A stretch of 64,000 nucleotides of DNA from Candidatus Sericytochromatia bacterium (GTDB lineage Bacteria > Cyanobacteriota > Sericytochromatia > S15B-MN24 > JAQBPE01), in NCBI GenBank assembly GCA_040400605.1, contig JBBAPZ010000002.1, positions 97,576 to 161,575 on the forward strand, given 5' to 3'. Position 1 is the first letter of the stretch. Each line of letters opens with the position of its first letter. A program made the translations under genes and the position numbers. This document shows positions 17,594 through 27,056 of this stretch, in pieces. The notes under the pieces are model-generated. The model searched no databases. It was not told the DNA's origin and saw nothing but the letters and a program-made list of their open reading frames with translations.

Positions 17594-19981
17594 ATGAACG
17601 TGATTCAAACCTCGGCGGCAGGCCGCCATCTGAGCTGGTTCACTGCCCTGAGCGTGGGCCTCGCCGTCATGGCCTGTCAACCGGCTGCCAACACCGTGAC
17701 GCCCTCCCAAGTAACCCCCGTGGCGAGCCCATCAGCGGTTCCAACCAGTCAGTTGACCGGTAATGTGTCCTTGAATGGTGCGCCCATCGCCAATGCGACC
17801 ATCAGGGTGTTGGATGCACTGACCGGTGCACCGCTCGTCGCGCAAGGTGGGGCGAATCTTGTTGCACAAGGCGGTGCAAATCTCGTTGCCCAAGGTGGTG
17901 CGAATCTGGTGGCGCAAGGCGGTGCCAACTTGGTCACAGACGCGCAGGGTAACTTCAGCCTGTCGGTGGCCAATCTGGCGCCGGGGGCGGTGGCACGAGT
18001 CGTTGCGACGGGTGGCGGGCAGTCTTTGAGCGCGTTGGTGAGTGGAAATGGTTTGACGGCGGGTGCGCCGGGGCAATACCGCATCCAGCAGACCTCGCGG
18101 ACGATCCGGGTCGCGCTGACGGCGAGCAGCACCGCGATCGCCAACGTGTTGGTCGCAGCTTTGAAAGTGGCGGCGCAATTGGATGACAGCAGTCAGTTGC
18201 GTGCTTTTGAGCGGATTTTCAATGAGGCCACGACGGCAGTGAATGCGCTGAATACTTTCTTCGCGACCAATCCGGCCGCCGCGCAGAACGTGGCGCAGAA
18301 TACGGCAGAAAATGGACAGACCAGTGAGCAGAGCCTGAAGAGCGTGGTAGCAGATTCTGGTGCACAAACCCAATTGCAGAATATCGTGGTACAGGCTGCC
18401 GAAGCGGTGAAAGAATTTGTTGCTGCCGGCGCGACGGTTGATTCCCAGCGTTTGGCGCAAGATTTGACGGTACCGGGGGTTGACATTGTGATCAAGGTGG
18501 ATGCAGCGAATTTGACGATTACCAGCCCGACCGGTGCGGTGATTTTTGAGTCTACGTTGCCGCCCGTGACCGCTCCGACCAGTGCCCCGACGAACGCGCC
18601 GACCACGGGTCCGACTTCGGCTCCGACCAGTGCGCCAACGTCGGCTCCGACCAGTGCGCCGGCGCCTGCCGGCGGAGGTGGCGGTAGCACGTTCAATCCC
18701 ACCCCGGAACCGACTGGTGTTCCGACGCCGACGAATGCGTCGCTTTTCGCCCCGCGGATCGATTCTTTCAGTGTGACGCCCACGAGCAGTGCCGATGGTA
18801 GCGGTCGCTTGAGTCTGACCATCTCGCAGGCGGCGAATACCGAGGACATCAAGACAGTGGTGGTGCGCATTCCGAGCAAGAGTGGCGGGGTCACATTGGC
18901 CGAGTTGCAGGATGCTCTGAATTCCCAGCGATTGTTTAAGTCAACCGTCAGTATCCCCAGCTCGGCAGACCCTGTTGCCTATGAGGCACGTCAGGTCGAC
19001 GAAAAGCTGAATAACACCGTTACGCTGCCTGCACGCTTTGGTGCTCTGCAGTTGCAGGGTCAGAATGCTTTGTGGACAGGTGAGTTTGTCCAGTCGTCGT
19101 TTTCTGGGTATCGTGTGCTTGGCCAAAGCCAGGGTCTCAAGGTAGCCGACGTGCAGGTATTTAAGGCTGGGGACTTTTATTACCTGACGCTTAGTTATGC
19201 ACTGAATGGTGGTGTCGTTTCGAACCGGGGGCACGTCACGACCATCGATACTGACCCTGAAATCTGGAAGACACTTTCTGGTGGCATCAAGCCCCAGATC
19301 TACTTTGAGTCGCGTGGAAACAACTCGGCGCATTACGATTACAATGTAGAGGTGACGCCGATTGCGATCGCGAGTCCGGAACCTTCAAATGGTTTCAGTC
19401 CTTCGGTTAGTTCCCTGAGCATCACGCCCAGACTCAGTTCGCCAGCATCGGGTGGTGAGTTGAAGCTGACTGTGACGCAAGGGTCGGATCAGGAGGACAT
19501 CGGCACCTTTATGGTTCGGCTGGCCAAGAAGGATAGCGCTGGCAATGTCGTCGCACAGTTGAACAGTGCTGAGTTGGCGAAGAGCGATTTGTCATTGTTC
19601 ACGTCGACTGTCAGGATTCCCCAGAATGCCAGCGAGGTGGAATTCTTAGGCGCGCCTTCGGCGGAGTTGAACGGCCAAATCACGTTGCCGACGGCATTTG
19701 GTTCGGGTTCGTTGAACAGTCAGGACGCCCTTTGGACGGGTGTGTATCGCAGTAAGTCCTCTAACCCTTCGGTCAAGGTTGCCGATGTGCAAATCTTCGA
19801 AGACTCCACGCATTATTATCTGGTGCTGCGATATGCGATCGATAGCGGTACGGATTTCAACAGGGGTCATGTGACTACCGTCGCGATGAATGGTGCGATC
19901 TGGTCGACCCTGTCTGGCGCAGTGAAGCCGGAGATCGTCTTTGCGTCACGGGGCAGCAAAGTAGTCAACCTTACTTTCTAA
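17594..19981 (+). CDS. Large lipoprotein with LVAQGGAN repeats, PTSA linker and duplicated C-terminal domain
   Basis: Lipobox VMAC; AAGGAG RBS; repeats visible in translation. Confidence 0.8.
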   Translation: MNVIQTSAAGRHLSWFTALSVGLAVMACQPAANTVTPSQVTPVASPSAVPTSQLTGNVSLNGAPIANATIRVLDALTGAPLVAQGGANLVAQGGANLVAQGGANLVAQGGANLVTDAQGNFSLSVANLAPGAVARVVATGGGQSLSALVSGNGLTAGAPGQYRIQQTSRTIRVALTASSTAIANVLVAALKVAAQLDDSSQLRAFERIFNEATTAVNALNTFFATNPAAAQNVAQNTAENGQTSEQSLKSVVADSGAQTQLQNIVVQAAEAVKEFVAAGATVDSQRLAQDLTVPGVDIVIKVDAANLTITSPTGAVIFESTLPPVTAPTSAPTNAPTTGPTSAPTSAPTSAPTSAPAPAGGGGGSTFNPTPEPTGVPTPTNASLFAPRIDSFSVTPTSSADGSGRLSLTISQAANTEDIKTVVVRIPSKSGGVTLAELQDALNSQRLFKSTVSIPSSADPVAYEARQVDEKLNNTVTLPARFGALQLQGQNALWTGEFVQSSFSGYRVLGQSQGLKVADVQVFKAGDFYYLTLSYALNGGVVSNRGHVTTIDTDPEIWKTLSGGIKPQIYFESRGNNSAHYDYNVEVTPIAIASPEPSNGFSPSVSSLSITPRLSSPASGGELKLTVTQGSDQEDIGTFMVRLAKKDSAGNVVAQLNSAELAKSDLSLFTSTVRIPQNASEVEFLGAPSAELNGQITLPTAFGSGSLNSQDALWTGVYRSKSSNPSVKVADVQIFEDSTHYYLVLRYAIDSGTDFNRGHVTTVAMNGAIWSTLSGAVKPEIVFASRGSKVVNLTF
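17834..17929 (+). repeat. 4 x 24-bp coding repeat (LVAQGGAN)
   Basis: Identical peptide units with synonymous codon differences. Confidence 0.95.
18571..18660 (+). repeat. 12-bp coding repeats (APTS/PTSA linker)
   Basis: APTSAPTNAPTTGPTSAPTSAPTSAPTSAP. Confidence 0.85.
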
Positions 19982-20101
19982 CGTTGGGTTGAACTTAGGT
20001 CTGATATCGGTTCTTTTCTGGCCGCACCTTGGAAGTGGGTGCGGTCAGTTTCCTTGTACGGCAATTGTTGACACGTGGGAATTGAGATGCAAGGATTGGT
20101 G

Positions 20102-21079
20102 ATGGCTGATACTGTTAATCGTATAGTGAGTCGTCGATGCTTCGGACGTTTGGGGGCGATCGCCTGGCTTGCCTTCGCTGCTGGAATTGGCGCCTGCAAC
20201 CCAGTGTCGCTGCTCGTTCCCTCGCTCAAGGAGGCGCCCGCGGCGGGTGACGCCGATTTTAACGATGAATTTTTACCTGGTGCACCGTCGCGGACCGCCT
20301 CGCCACAGCCTGCGCCATCCAGCCTGTCGACCCCGGCTGCCGGGACGCCGTCGCCAGCAAGTAGCGACTCATCGGGTCCGGCGCAAAGTGTTGTCCCAAA
20401 ACCCGGCGGCGGTCCTGCTAGCGGTGGTGGTGTGGCGGCGCCAGCGGCCCCGTCTGCTGCGGTTGGTGATCCCTTTGTGACGCCTGATTTTGTCGATATT
20501 AGCACGGTGAGCGCTTTTAAACCGGCTTTTTCCTTTGCGCTTCTGGCTGATCTTAGCCCTGGCACCTCGCCCGCACTCGAAACATCGATTTATCAGACAG
20601 CCCAAGAGGTCGAGCTACGCGAAGCGCGGCTGTTACTTGAAGATTGTCAGTTGCGTTATGACCGGTTTTCCAGAGGCCAGACGATTGGAACGGTCGTTCT
20701 GGATGTCGGAACGCCACCAAAGGCGACGCTTAGCGGCGCGCTGCGTGTTGTCGACGCTGGTGCAAACTATGTGACAGTTGAGGCGAAGGCCAGTAGCGCT
20801 GTTGCCAGCGCGTACATCGCTGACATTCGCTTTCGGCAGGTTGAGGGGCATCTATCGGTGGTTAGCATTGCAAACTTCTCCAGGGGCAACGACGCACAGG
20901 GCATCCACTTGACCGAACGTTCAGCACGGGTTACCCAACGGCTGGATCCAGGATTTTTGGTTTTGCCGCAGCGCCCCGGGCCGTTTAGAACCCGTGCGTT
21001 GCTCTACGGAGAAAATGACCCGCGTGGCGGCGGTACCCCACTTAAGGTGCTGCGCAATACGTTTACTGTAAGCGAGTGA
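20102..21079 (+). CDS. Putative Tat lipoprotein with Pro/Ser linker and beta-rich C-terminal domain
   Basis: SRRCF twin-arginine-like signal, IGAC lipobox; start uncertain. Confidence 0.7.
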   Translation: MADTVNRIVSRRCFGRLGAIAWLAFAAGIGACNPVSLLVPSLKEAPAAGDADFNDEFLPGAPSRTASPQPAPSSLSTPAAGTPSPASSDSSGPAQSVVPKPGGGPASGGGVAAPAAPSAAVGDPFVTPDFVDISTVSAFKPAFSFALLADLSPGTSPALETSIYQTAQEVELREARLLLEDCQLRYDRFSRGQTIGTVVLDVGTPPKATLSGALRVVDAGANYVTVEAKASSAVASAYIADIRFRQVEGHLSVVSIANFSRGNDAQGIHLTERSARVTQRLDPGFLVLPQRPGPFRTRALLYGENDPRGGGTPLKVLRNTFTVSE

Positions 21080-21251
21080 CACACCGTTTATTGAAGAGGT
21101 TCTCGCCACTAACGCATGGACACGGCAGCACATTCTGACTGTTTTCAGTATCAGGACGTGCTGTCTTCGTTTGTTTGGACTGTAATTGGGTACGGTATAC
21201 AGGCGATCGTTGCAGCGAATTCGTTTGGCGTATGATGCGATGGAGGCCTTG

Positions 21252-22838
21252 ATGCGTACTTTCCCCAAGCGCTACCGGGTTGGTGCCGGGTTCTTTGCCT
21301 GTGTCCTTTTGGTCGCGTGTCAGCCGGCTGGCTGCCAAAATTCTCCGAGTCAGAGTTCGCTTAAGGTCACCTTGGTTAAAGGGTCGGTGCCCCCTTCGGC
21401 TAATGGACAGATGATGATACGGGGTCAGGTGACCGTGCGCGATAAAACACTGGTCGGTGCCACGATTACCGCTTATGACGCGTTGTCGGATCAATCGCTT
21501 GGAGTGACCGGGAGTCCCGAGAGCGTGACGGACAGTCAAGGACGGTTTGCGGTCCCGGTTCGCAGTCTTGCACCGGACACCGTGGTGAAGGTTGTGGCGC
21601 GTCTTCGTTCCGGGAACCTCAGTGCGCTGGTTTTGGGTAACGGCCTTGGGTTGGCTGAACCCGCTGCCTATCGCCTTCAACAGACACCGGCGCTCAGCGT
21701 GTCGGTAACGGCTGGCACCACACTGCTGGCGCGGGTGTTGGTGCCAACCTTGCGTATGGCAAGTCAGATTGAATCCAAGTTGCAACTGACTGCGTTTGAA
21801 ACGATTATGCGCGAGGCGACGGCTGTACTCACGCAACTCAATCAGGAACTGGCCAAAAAGCCGGAGCTCTTCGATACAGTAGTTGCTAAAACCACAACCG
21901 CTGGTGATCTCGAAGAAGGTTCCCTGAGTCAGTTGGTGGAAACTGCAGGGATTCGATCCGGATTGCAGGCGATCGTCAACAACGCCGCCGAAGTATTGAA
22001 GCAACAGTTGGCTGCGGGTGGCACGATTGATGCACCGATCACCGTCGTGTTAGCGATCCCGGGTATTGACCGTACGGTTGAGGCGACTGCAACAGGCATC
22101 GTGATCAAGTCCGCAGATGGTAATGTGGTGTTTTCAACCGGCTTTAACCAGGGCTCCCCCTCACCCTCCGAGGCACCGTCGCCATCTGCCAGTGGTGCTG
22201 CCGGTGGCGGCGGCGGTGGTGGCGGTGCCACTGCACCAGGTGGGTTGCCAACGCCAAGCAACGCGACCAAGTTCTTGCCCGTGGTCGATCGCCTGACGCT
22301 GTCAGGCGATCGCCTCCGCTTCACCGTTACACAGCCAGACGGTCAAGAAGACATCAAACACGTCGTGATTCGGCTTAAGCGCGTCAATGCGGGGAATCAA
22401 TCAATGGCAGACTTTAATGACAGTTTTGCCGGTAACCTGAATGCACCGGGTGAACTGAGTGTACGAGTTCCGGCTGGTGACCCTGCTTTCGATTGCACCA
22501 TTGCCCCAGTCAACAAGTTACCCAATACCTTTAGCTTGCCCGCGCAGTTTGGCGCCGGTCAGTTAACCGGCACAAGTGCCATCTACACCGGGATGTTGAA
22601 GCGCACAAGCGACAGTTTCGCGATTGCCAATGTACAGGTTTTTGAGAACGTGAGTTTTGTTTACGTGGTGATGTCTTATGCCGCCAACGGCTTTGAACTG
22701 AACCGGGGACACATCACCGCCATGAGCGTTCCACGCGATCGCTGGACCACCCTCACCGCAGAAACCAAACCCGAGATTTATGTCGAATCTCGGTTGGGCA
22801 ATACCGTTCACTTGGAGAAAGCCATTCAGGCGCTGTGA
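21252..22838 (+). CDS. Lipoprotein, paralog of 17594..19981 with a single C-terminal domain
   Basis: LVAC lipobox; shared DAL..VTD.QG.F, LSALV.GNGL, NRGH.T, KP.IY.ESR; GGAGG RBS. Confidence 0.8.
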   Translation: MRTFPKRYRVGAGFFACVLLVACQPAGCQNSPSQSSLKVTLVKGSVPPSANGQMMIRGQVTVRDKTLVGATITAYDALSDQSLGVTGSPESVTDSQGRFAVPVRSLAPDTVVKVVARLRSGNLSALVLGNGLGLAEPAAYRLQQTPALSVSVTAGTTLLARVLVPTLRMASQIESKLQLTAFETIMREATAVLTQLNQELAKKPELFDTVVAKTTTAGDLEEGSLSQLVETAGIRSGLQAIVNNAAEVLKQQLAAGGTIDAPITVVLAIPGIDRTVEATATGIVIKSADGNVVFSTGFNQGSPSPSEAPSPSASGAAGGGGGGGGATAPGGLPTPSNATKFLPVVDRLTLSGDRLRFTVTQPDGQEDIKHVVIRLKRVNAGNQSMADFNDSFAGNLNAPGELSVRVPAGDPAFDCTIAPVNKLPNTFSLPAQFGAGQLTGTSAIYTGMLKRTSDSFAIANVQVFENVSFVYVVMSYAANGFELNRGHITAMSVPRDRWTTLTAETKPEIYVESRLGNTVHLEKAIQAL

Positions 22839-22905
22839 CTCTCGGTGTCGCCCCGCCGCGTGGTTTGAAGCGACGGGTAAGCGTATAAAGTTAAACGACT
22901 TGCGT

Positions 22906-22930
22906 TGCCCTGCCTACGACAGGCAGGGCG
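22906..22930 (+). terminator. Hairpin after the lipoprotein cluster
   Basis: TGCCCTGCCT-ACGAC-AGGCAGGGCG; no clear U-tract. Confidence 0.5.
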
Positions 22931-23456
22931 AATCTGTGGTTGGAATTTTGGGTCGTTTGCGCGCTGGTTGTGCTCACTGTGCCGCGCTTGCACCGATTCT
23001 GTAAACTAGAGTCCGGTCGCGATCAGGTCATCGTCCTTGGCGATGCTCGTCCGGCACGCCACACAACGGGTGGTTTGCGTTGGCGTACCCAGCACTGTCA
23101 ATCAGGCATTCGACAGTTTGACGCGGAATTCCCCGGAACAAGTCATCGCGTGTCTATCTGGCATTTTTTGCAGTACAAGAAGATTGCGATCATTTCGCGG
23201 TCATGTTGCCTTGAAACAATCATCCAATGCGCGTTCTAAGCACGTTGTGAAAGCCCTGAACCGTTGAATAAACGTAAACCATCCATCCGAACGACTTTTT
23301 CCAGCACCATTTCGCTCGATGCTGGTCGAGGAAAAAGGGTGAAACATGCCCAGCGTGACGGTGCGGTCTATGGCGCAATCGGCTAGGTTGGTTCGCGGAA
23401 TTGGGTAACAGCTCATAATATACGCTGTGCAACAGTTTTACGTCAGAGGTAGGTTT

Positions 23457-23667
23457 CATGTTAAAACAGTTGCATGGTAAAACGAGGCATTTTTGATGCA
23501 TGTTTAAACATTAGTTGGTGATCGCGTCCGTTTCTGCTAGGCCTTCTTTTCATGTGTAATCATGAAGTTTCTTAAACCGTTACATTGCTTGACGTTGGCC
23601 ACATGTTTTAACATACTTTAGGTGTATTGCTTGAATGTAGTTATGGAATTGAGATTTGTTTGACATG
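23457..23667. repeat. Phased array 1: five 14-bp CATGTTTAAACATG-like palindromes
   Basis: Sites start at 23457, 23499, 23551, 23602, 23654 (spacings 42, 52, 51, 52). Confidence 0.8.
23589..23617 (+). promoter_or_regulatory. Sigma70 promoter of the XRE gene, overlapped by array site 4
   Basis: TTGACG-17 bp-CATACT. Confidence 0.65.
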
Positions 23668-24072
23668 CAAGAAGAGAATAATGCTGATTCGCAGAATCGT
23701 TTGCGCCTGTATATTGCTGCACGGCGTCAAGAATTGCGGTTGACCCAGAGGGTGTTGGCGACGTTGTGTGAGTTGCCGTTGGGGACTTTGTCTGGGATTG
23801 AGTCTGGGCGGGAGGTGCGGGCGCCGCGGGCGCATACCTTGGAGAAGTTGGCCGTTGGGTTGCAGACGACGTATGAGCATTTGGATGCGTTGGTGCGCGG
23901 TCTGGTGGTTGATGGGGTTTCTGAGGTGAGTCCGTGGGAGGGTGATTATCGGTATCGGTTGTTTGATGCGTTGATGCAGGCCCCATCGGTGCCGGAGACT
24001 GAGCGATTGATGTTGATTGCCAAGATGCGCACTTTGTGGGAGATGCATGGGACTGGTGCGATCGCTGATTGA
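23665..24072 (+). CDS. XRE/Cro-C1 family HTH regulator
   Basis: RRQELRLTQRVLA...GTLSGIESG...P...TLEKLA.GL. Confidence 0.88.
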   Translation: MQEENNADSQNRLRLYIAARRQELRLTQRVLATLCELPLGTLSGIESGREVRAPRAHTLEKLAVGLQTTYEHLDALVRGLVVDGVSEVSPWEGDYRYRLFDALMQAPSVPETERLMLIAKMRTLWEMHGTGAIAD

Positions 24073-24600
24073 CCACGCTGTGAGTCGTTGTTCAAGCGTC
24101 ACTTGTTCACTGGTCTTTGCGCATATGATGGCGTACGGGCTTTTTGTCCAAGCCATTTTTGATTTGGGAGGGGTTTGGAGCGTTCGCTTCTCGCCAGCTT
24201 GATGGCGATAAGTTGCATGAGTCTTGTTCAAAAGCCTGCGTGATAACTTCATGAATGCCAGGCACTTACGTAATGTAATCGGGCAGCACCGAGCGTATGG
24301 TCACCAGTCAACAGAGATTGAGCAGTTTGCGGCAAAAAGTCCACAATGCGACGTGAGGGGCTGATCGATAAAGTGTATTCGTTCCAAATAGCGTTCTGAA
24401 AGCATTTTTCAGGCAAGGTGTACGCAAACAGGCATTCAGCGGAATTCTCAGACACTGGCTGTCTTGATGAAGTGACAAGTAGGCGGTCAACCCGTGTCTG
24501 TGTCGCGAACGACCCCCGCATAACGAATTAACCATCCTTGGTGTTTGCCGCAATTTTTCGCGTCACCACGCGAATTTTAGCCGTTTTTTTGCTTTCCTTA

Positions 24601-24852
24601 CATGTTGAAACAGTTGAGCGATATGAACAGGCTGCGCTCTGCATGTTAAAGCAGTTTAACGGCTCGGCTTCGGATAGACCAGATTCGTGATTTACATGTT
24701 TAAACAATTTGTTTTTGTGACGAAAATTTTTGTAAATGTTTTGACATGTTTACGAAGTTTGAAATTGGGTTCGGTCTGGTTGATTAGTTGGCAAAACATG
24801 TGTTTGTCGTGATGGTTTGAAGGGTTGTCCTGGTTTTGATTTGTTTGACATG
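24601..24852. repeat. Phased array 2: six sites of the same palindrome
   Basis: Sites start at 24601, 24642, 24695, 24735, 24787, 24839 (spacings 41, 53, 40, 52, 52); site 5 is mainly a half-site. Confidence 0.78.
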
Positions 24853-24995
24853 TAGGTAAGGAATGTCAATTTTTTTAGCGTAGTGCAATAGTTTTGGGGT
24901 TTGTTCGGGCTTGTGCACAGCCGTGTGGAAAGTTTGCTACACTGTTTGGTTGTCGGTGCTTGGATACAGTTGTGAAGTCTTGGGAGAATGTGAAC

Positions 24996-25403
24996 ATGGC
25001 AAAGACGCCGCGGGTGCTCATTGGGAAGCCTGGCCTGGATGGTCACGACCGGGGCGCGAAGATTGTGGCGCGGGCTTTGCGTGATGCCGGGATGGAGGTC
25101 ATTTATACGGGGTTGCACATGACGCCTGGGGAGATTGTACAGGCAGCATTGCAGGAGGATGTTGATGTTGTTGGGTTGAGTCTTTTGTCGGGTGCGCATG
25201 GCACGTTGGTGCCGGCGGTTTGCGCGTTGTTGCGTGCGTCCGGTGCGGAGGATGTGTTGGTGTTTGTGGGAGGCATTATTCCTGAGGCCGATGTTCCGGC
25301 TTTGGAGGCGGCGGGTGTGCTTGGGGTTTATGGGCCGGGGACGCCAACGGCAGCGATTGTCGATGCCATCAACGGTGCTGTTGCCGCGCGACACGTTGAA
25401 TAG
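24996..25403 (+). CDS. Cobalamin-binding small subunit of an acyl-CoA mutase (MCM/IcmB-like)
   Basis: [33 protein letters not shown]. Confidence 0.93.
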   Translation: MAKTPRVLIGKPGLDGHDRGAKIVARALRDAGMEVIYTGLHMTPGEIVQAALQEDVDVVGLSLLSGAHGTLVPAVCALLRASGAEDVLVFVGGIIPEADVPALEAAGVLGVYGPGTPTAAIVDAINGAVAARHVE

Positions 25404-25970
25404 GCGTCTTTGGGCTGTAGCCGCTCCACTTCGCCGTTAAGCGATAGGTCCGATCGCCGTCGCGTCAGAAAGCGACGAGCATGTGCTTGCCTCATGCCTG
25501 CAAGGCATATGCTCGAGCGTCACCGGTGTTTCAGGTGGTGTCGGCTGTGTGGTGGCGCTTGTGTTACTGGTCAAAAGTTGTGTGGCAGATTCAACAAAAT
25601 AGGGCATCCGCGCTGTTAGTGAATAACTGTCAAGGTTTGCTCGTCAATCAACGTGTTGATGTATAACAGCAGAGTTTGGCTACCGTTGAACACTGCTCGC
25701 CTCAAGCTAATTCTGTGGTTGTGTCGAAGTCGCCAACGCCGCTCAGCCTCGCCGGTAGTTGAGCATTCTTTTCCATCCAACCGGTTGACTGATTGTTCAA
25801 TAAAAAATTGTGGCAGCGCTAGCGCTTGCAGCACCCGGAATCTGCCTTGTTACTCTTGTATCTGGAACTGGCGGGTGTTAGGTGGTCAGCGAAACTGATG
25901 GATCCCGTTCTTGGCGTCGGTTAGATGTGACAGGAGTCCGGGTACGCTTGCCAATGGCGATAGTGAAAGG

Positions 25971-27056
25971 ATGATGATGACCGTCGTGCGCTTGAAACCC
26001 GGTGATCCCCCACCGTTTTGGAATGGGGTTTGGCAATCTCTTGGTCAGAGTCAAGGCGCGGTACTTGTCCGGGATGGGGTCATCGTCGGGCCGTCGGATG
26101 CCAATGCATCACCAATCGCATTGCCTTCGATCACTGCCTCGGAGCATCCCGGCGCCAAAACCCTTGGGGGCCACGAGGAGATTACCACTCCCGGAGCACC
26201 CCAGCCACAGGCTTCCGTGGCCGCGACGGGAGTGTCCCAAGGCTCAGAGACTGCAGCTACCGGAGCCTCCCAGCGTCCGGAGAGCGCGTCTGTCAAGGGC
26301 GCTGCGACTGGCCCACATCAAGCGGATACCGCCCGTTCGTGGGTCGCGCAACTCGTTTCGCGCTCAGTGTTGAGCAGGCCCACTGCCGCCCCAGTCAATC
26401 GTGACGTCCAGCAAGGGGCCGCTTTGGTGCAGCAAGCGCGGGCGCATCTGGCACAACGGCAATGGGTAAATGCGCTAAAGTGTCTGCAGGCTTCGCTCGA
26501 TTACGCCCCGGCCCAAAGTGATACCTATCTGTTAATGGCGCAGTGCCTGCAGGCGTCCCGCGCGAGCGGGGATGCGCTGCACCACGCGGTGGTGGCGGTG
26601 ATGCTGAGTCCAAGGGAAGTCAGTGTGCAGCGTCTCGCCATGCATTACGCGTGGGTAGCGGGCTACGTGGGGTGGGCGTTTCATTGGGCGCAGTCGCTTT
26701 ACAGGCAAGCCCCTGCTGCGGACGTTGCCGATCTTGGCCGCATCGCACGGGCTTGGCTCACCTTGCAGTCTCAGGCCAACACCGCGTTTTGCATGCCGTG
26801 CCGTAAGCCGCAGTTGGTGGACGCCCGCTCACGATGTGATGCGTGTCAGGCACCATTAGTCGGGGCCCCGGCTAACGCCCAATCGCTGAAAGGGTTGTTG
26901 CTGCTTCAGCACGGGGCGCCGCATGGGCGACTTTTTGTTGGTGCCCCCTGCGCCCGGTGTCAAAGGGACACGGCGCTCATTCTTGCTTCAGGCGGCGCGC
27001 GCTGCGCCCATTGTCACGATTTTGCTCTTCATGCATCCCCCACTGTGCAGGCCTGA
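25971..27056 (+). CDS. TPR-like protein with C-terminal Cys-rich zinc ribbons
   Basis: TPR-like helices; CMPC, CDAC, CARC, CAHC. Confidence 0.65.
   Translation: MMMTVVRLKPGDPPPFWNGVWQSLGQSQGAVLVRDGVIVGPSDANASPIALPSITASEHPGAKTLGGHEEITTPGAPQPQASVAATGVSQGSETAATGASQRPESASVKGAATGPHQADTARSWVAQLVSRSVLSRPTAAPVNRDVQQGAALVQQARAHLAQRQWVNALKCLQASLDYAPAQSDTYLLMAQCLQASRASGDALHHAVVAVMLSPREVSVQRLAMHYAWVAGYVGWAFHWAQSLYRQAPAADVADLGRIARAWLTLQSQANTAFCMPCRKPQLVDARSRCDACQAPLVGAPANAQSLKGLLLLQHGAPHGRLFVGAPCARCQRDTALILASGGARCAHCHDFALHASPTVQA

Noticed and set aside
23457..24852. CRISPR array interpretation of the phased repeats
   Set aside because: Repeats are only ~14 bp and degenerate, spacing is bimodal in helical multiples, one site overlaps a promoter, and no cas genes are in the window
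24900..25670. oriC from DnaA-box-like words (TGTGCACAG, TGTGGAAAG, AGTGAATAA)
   Set aside because: All carry mismatches, are sparse, no dnaA/dnaN nearby, and gene orientation does not diverge here
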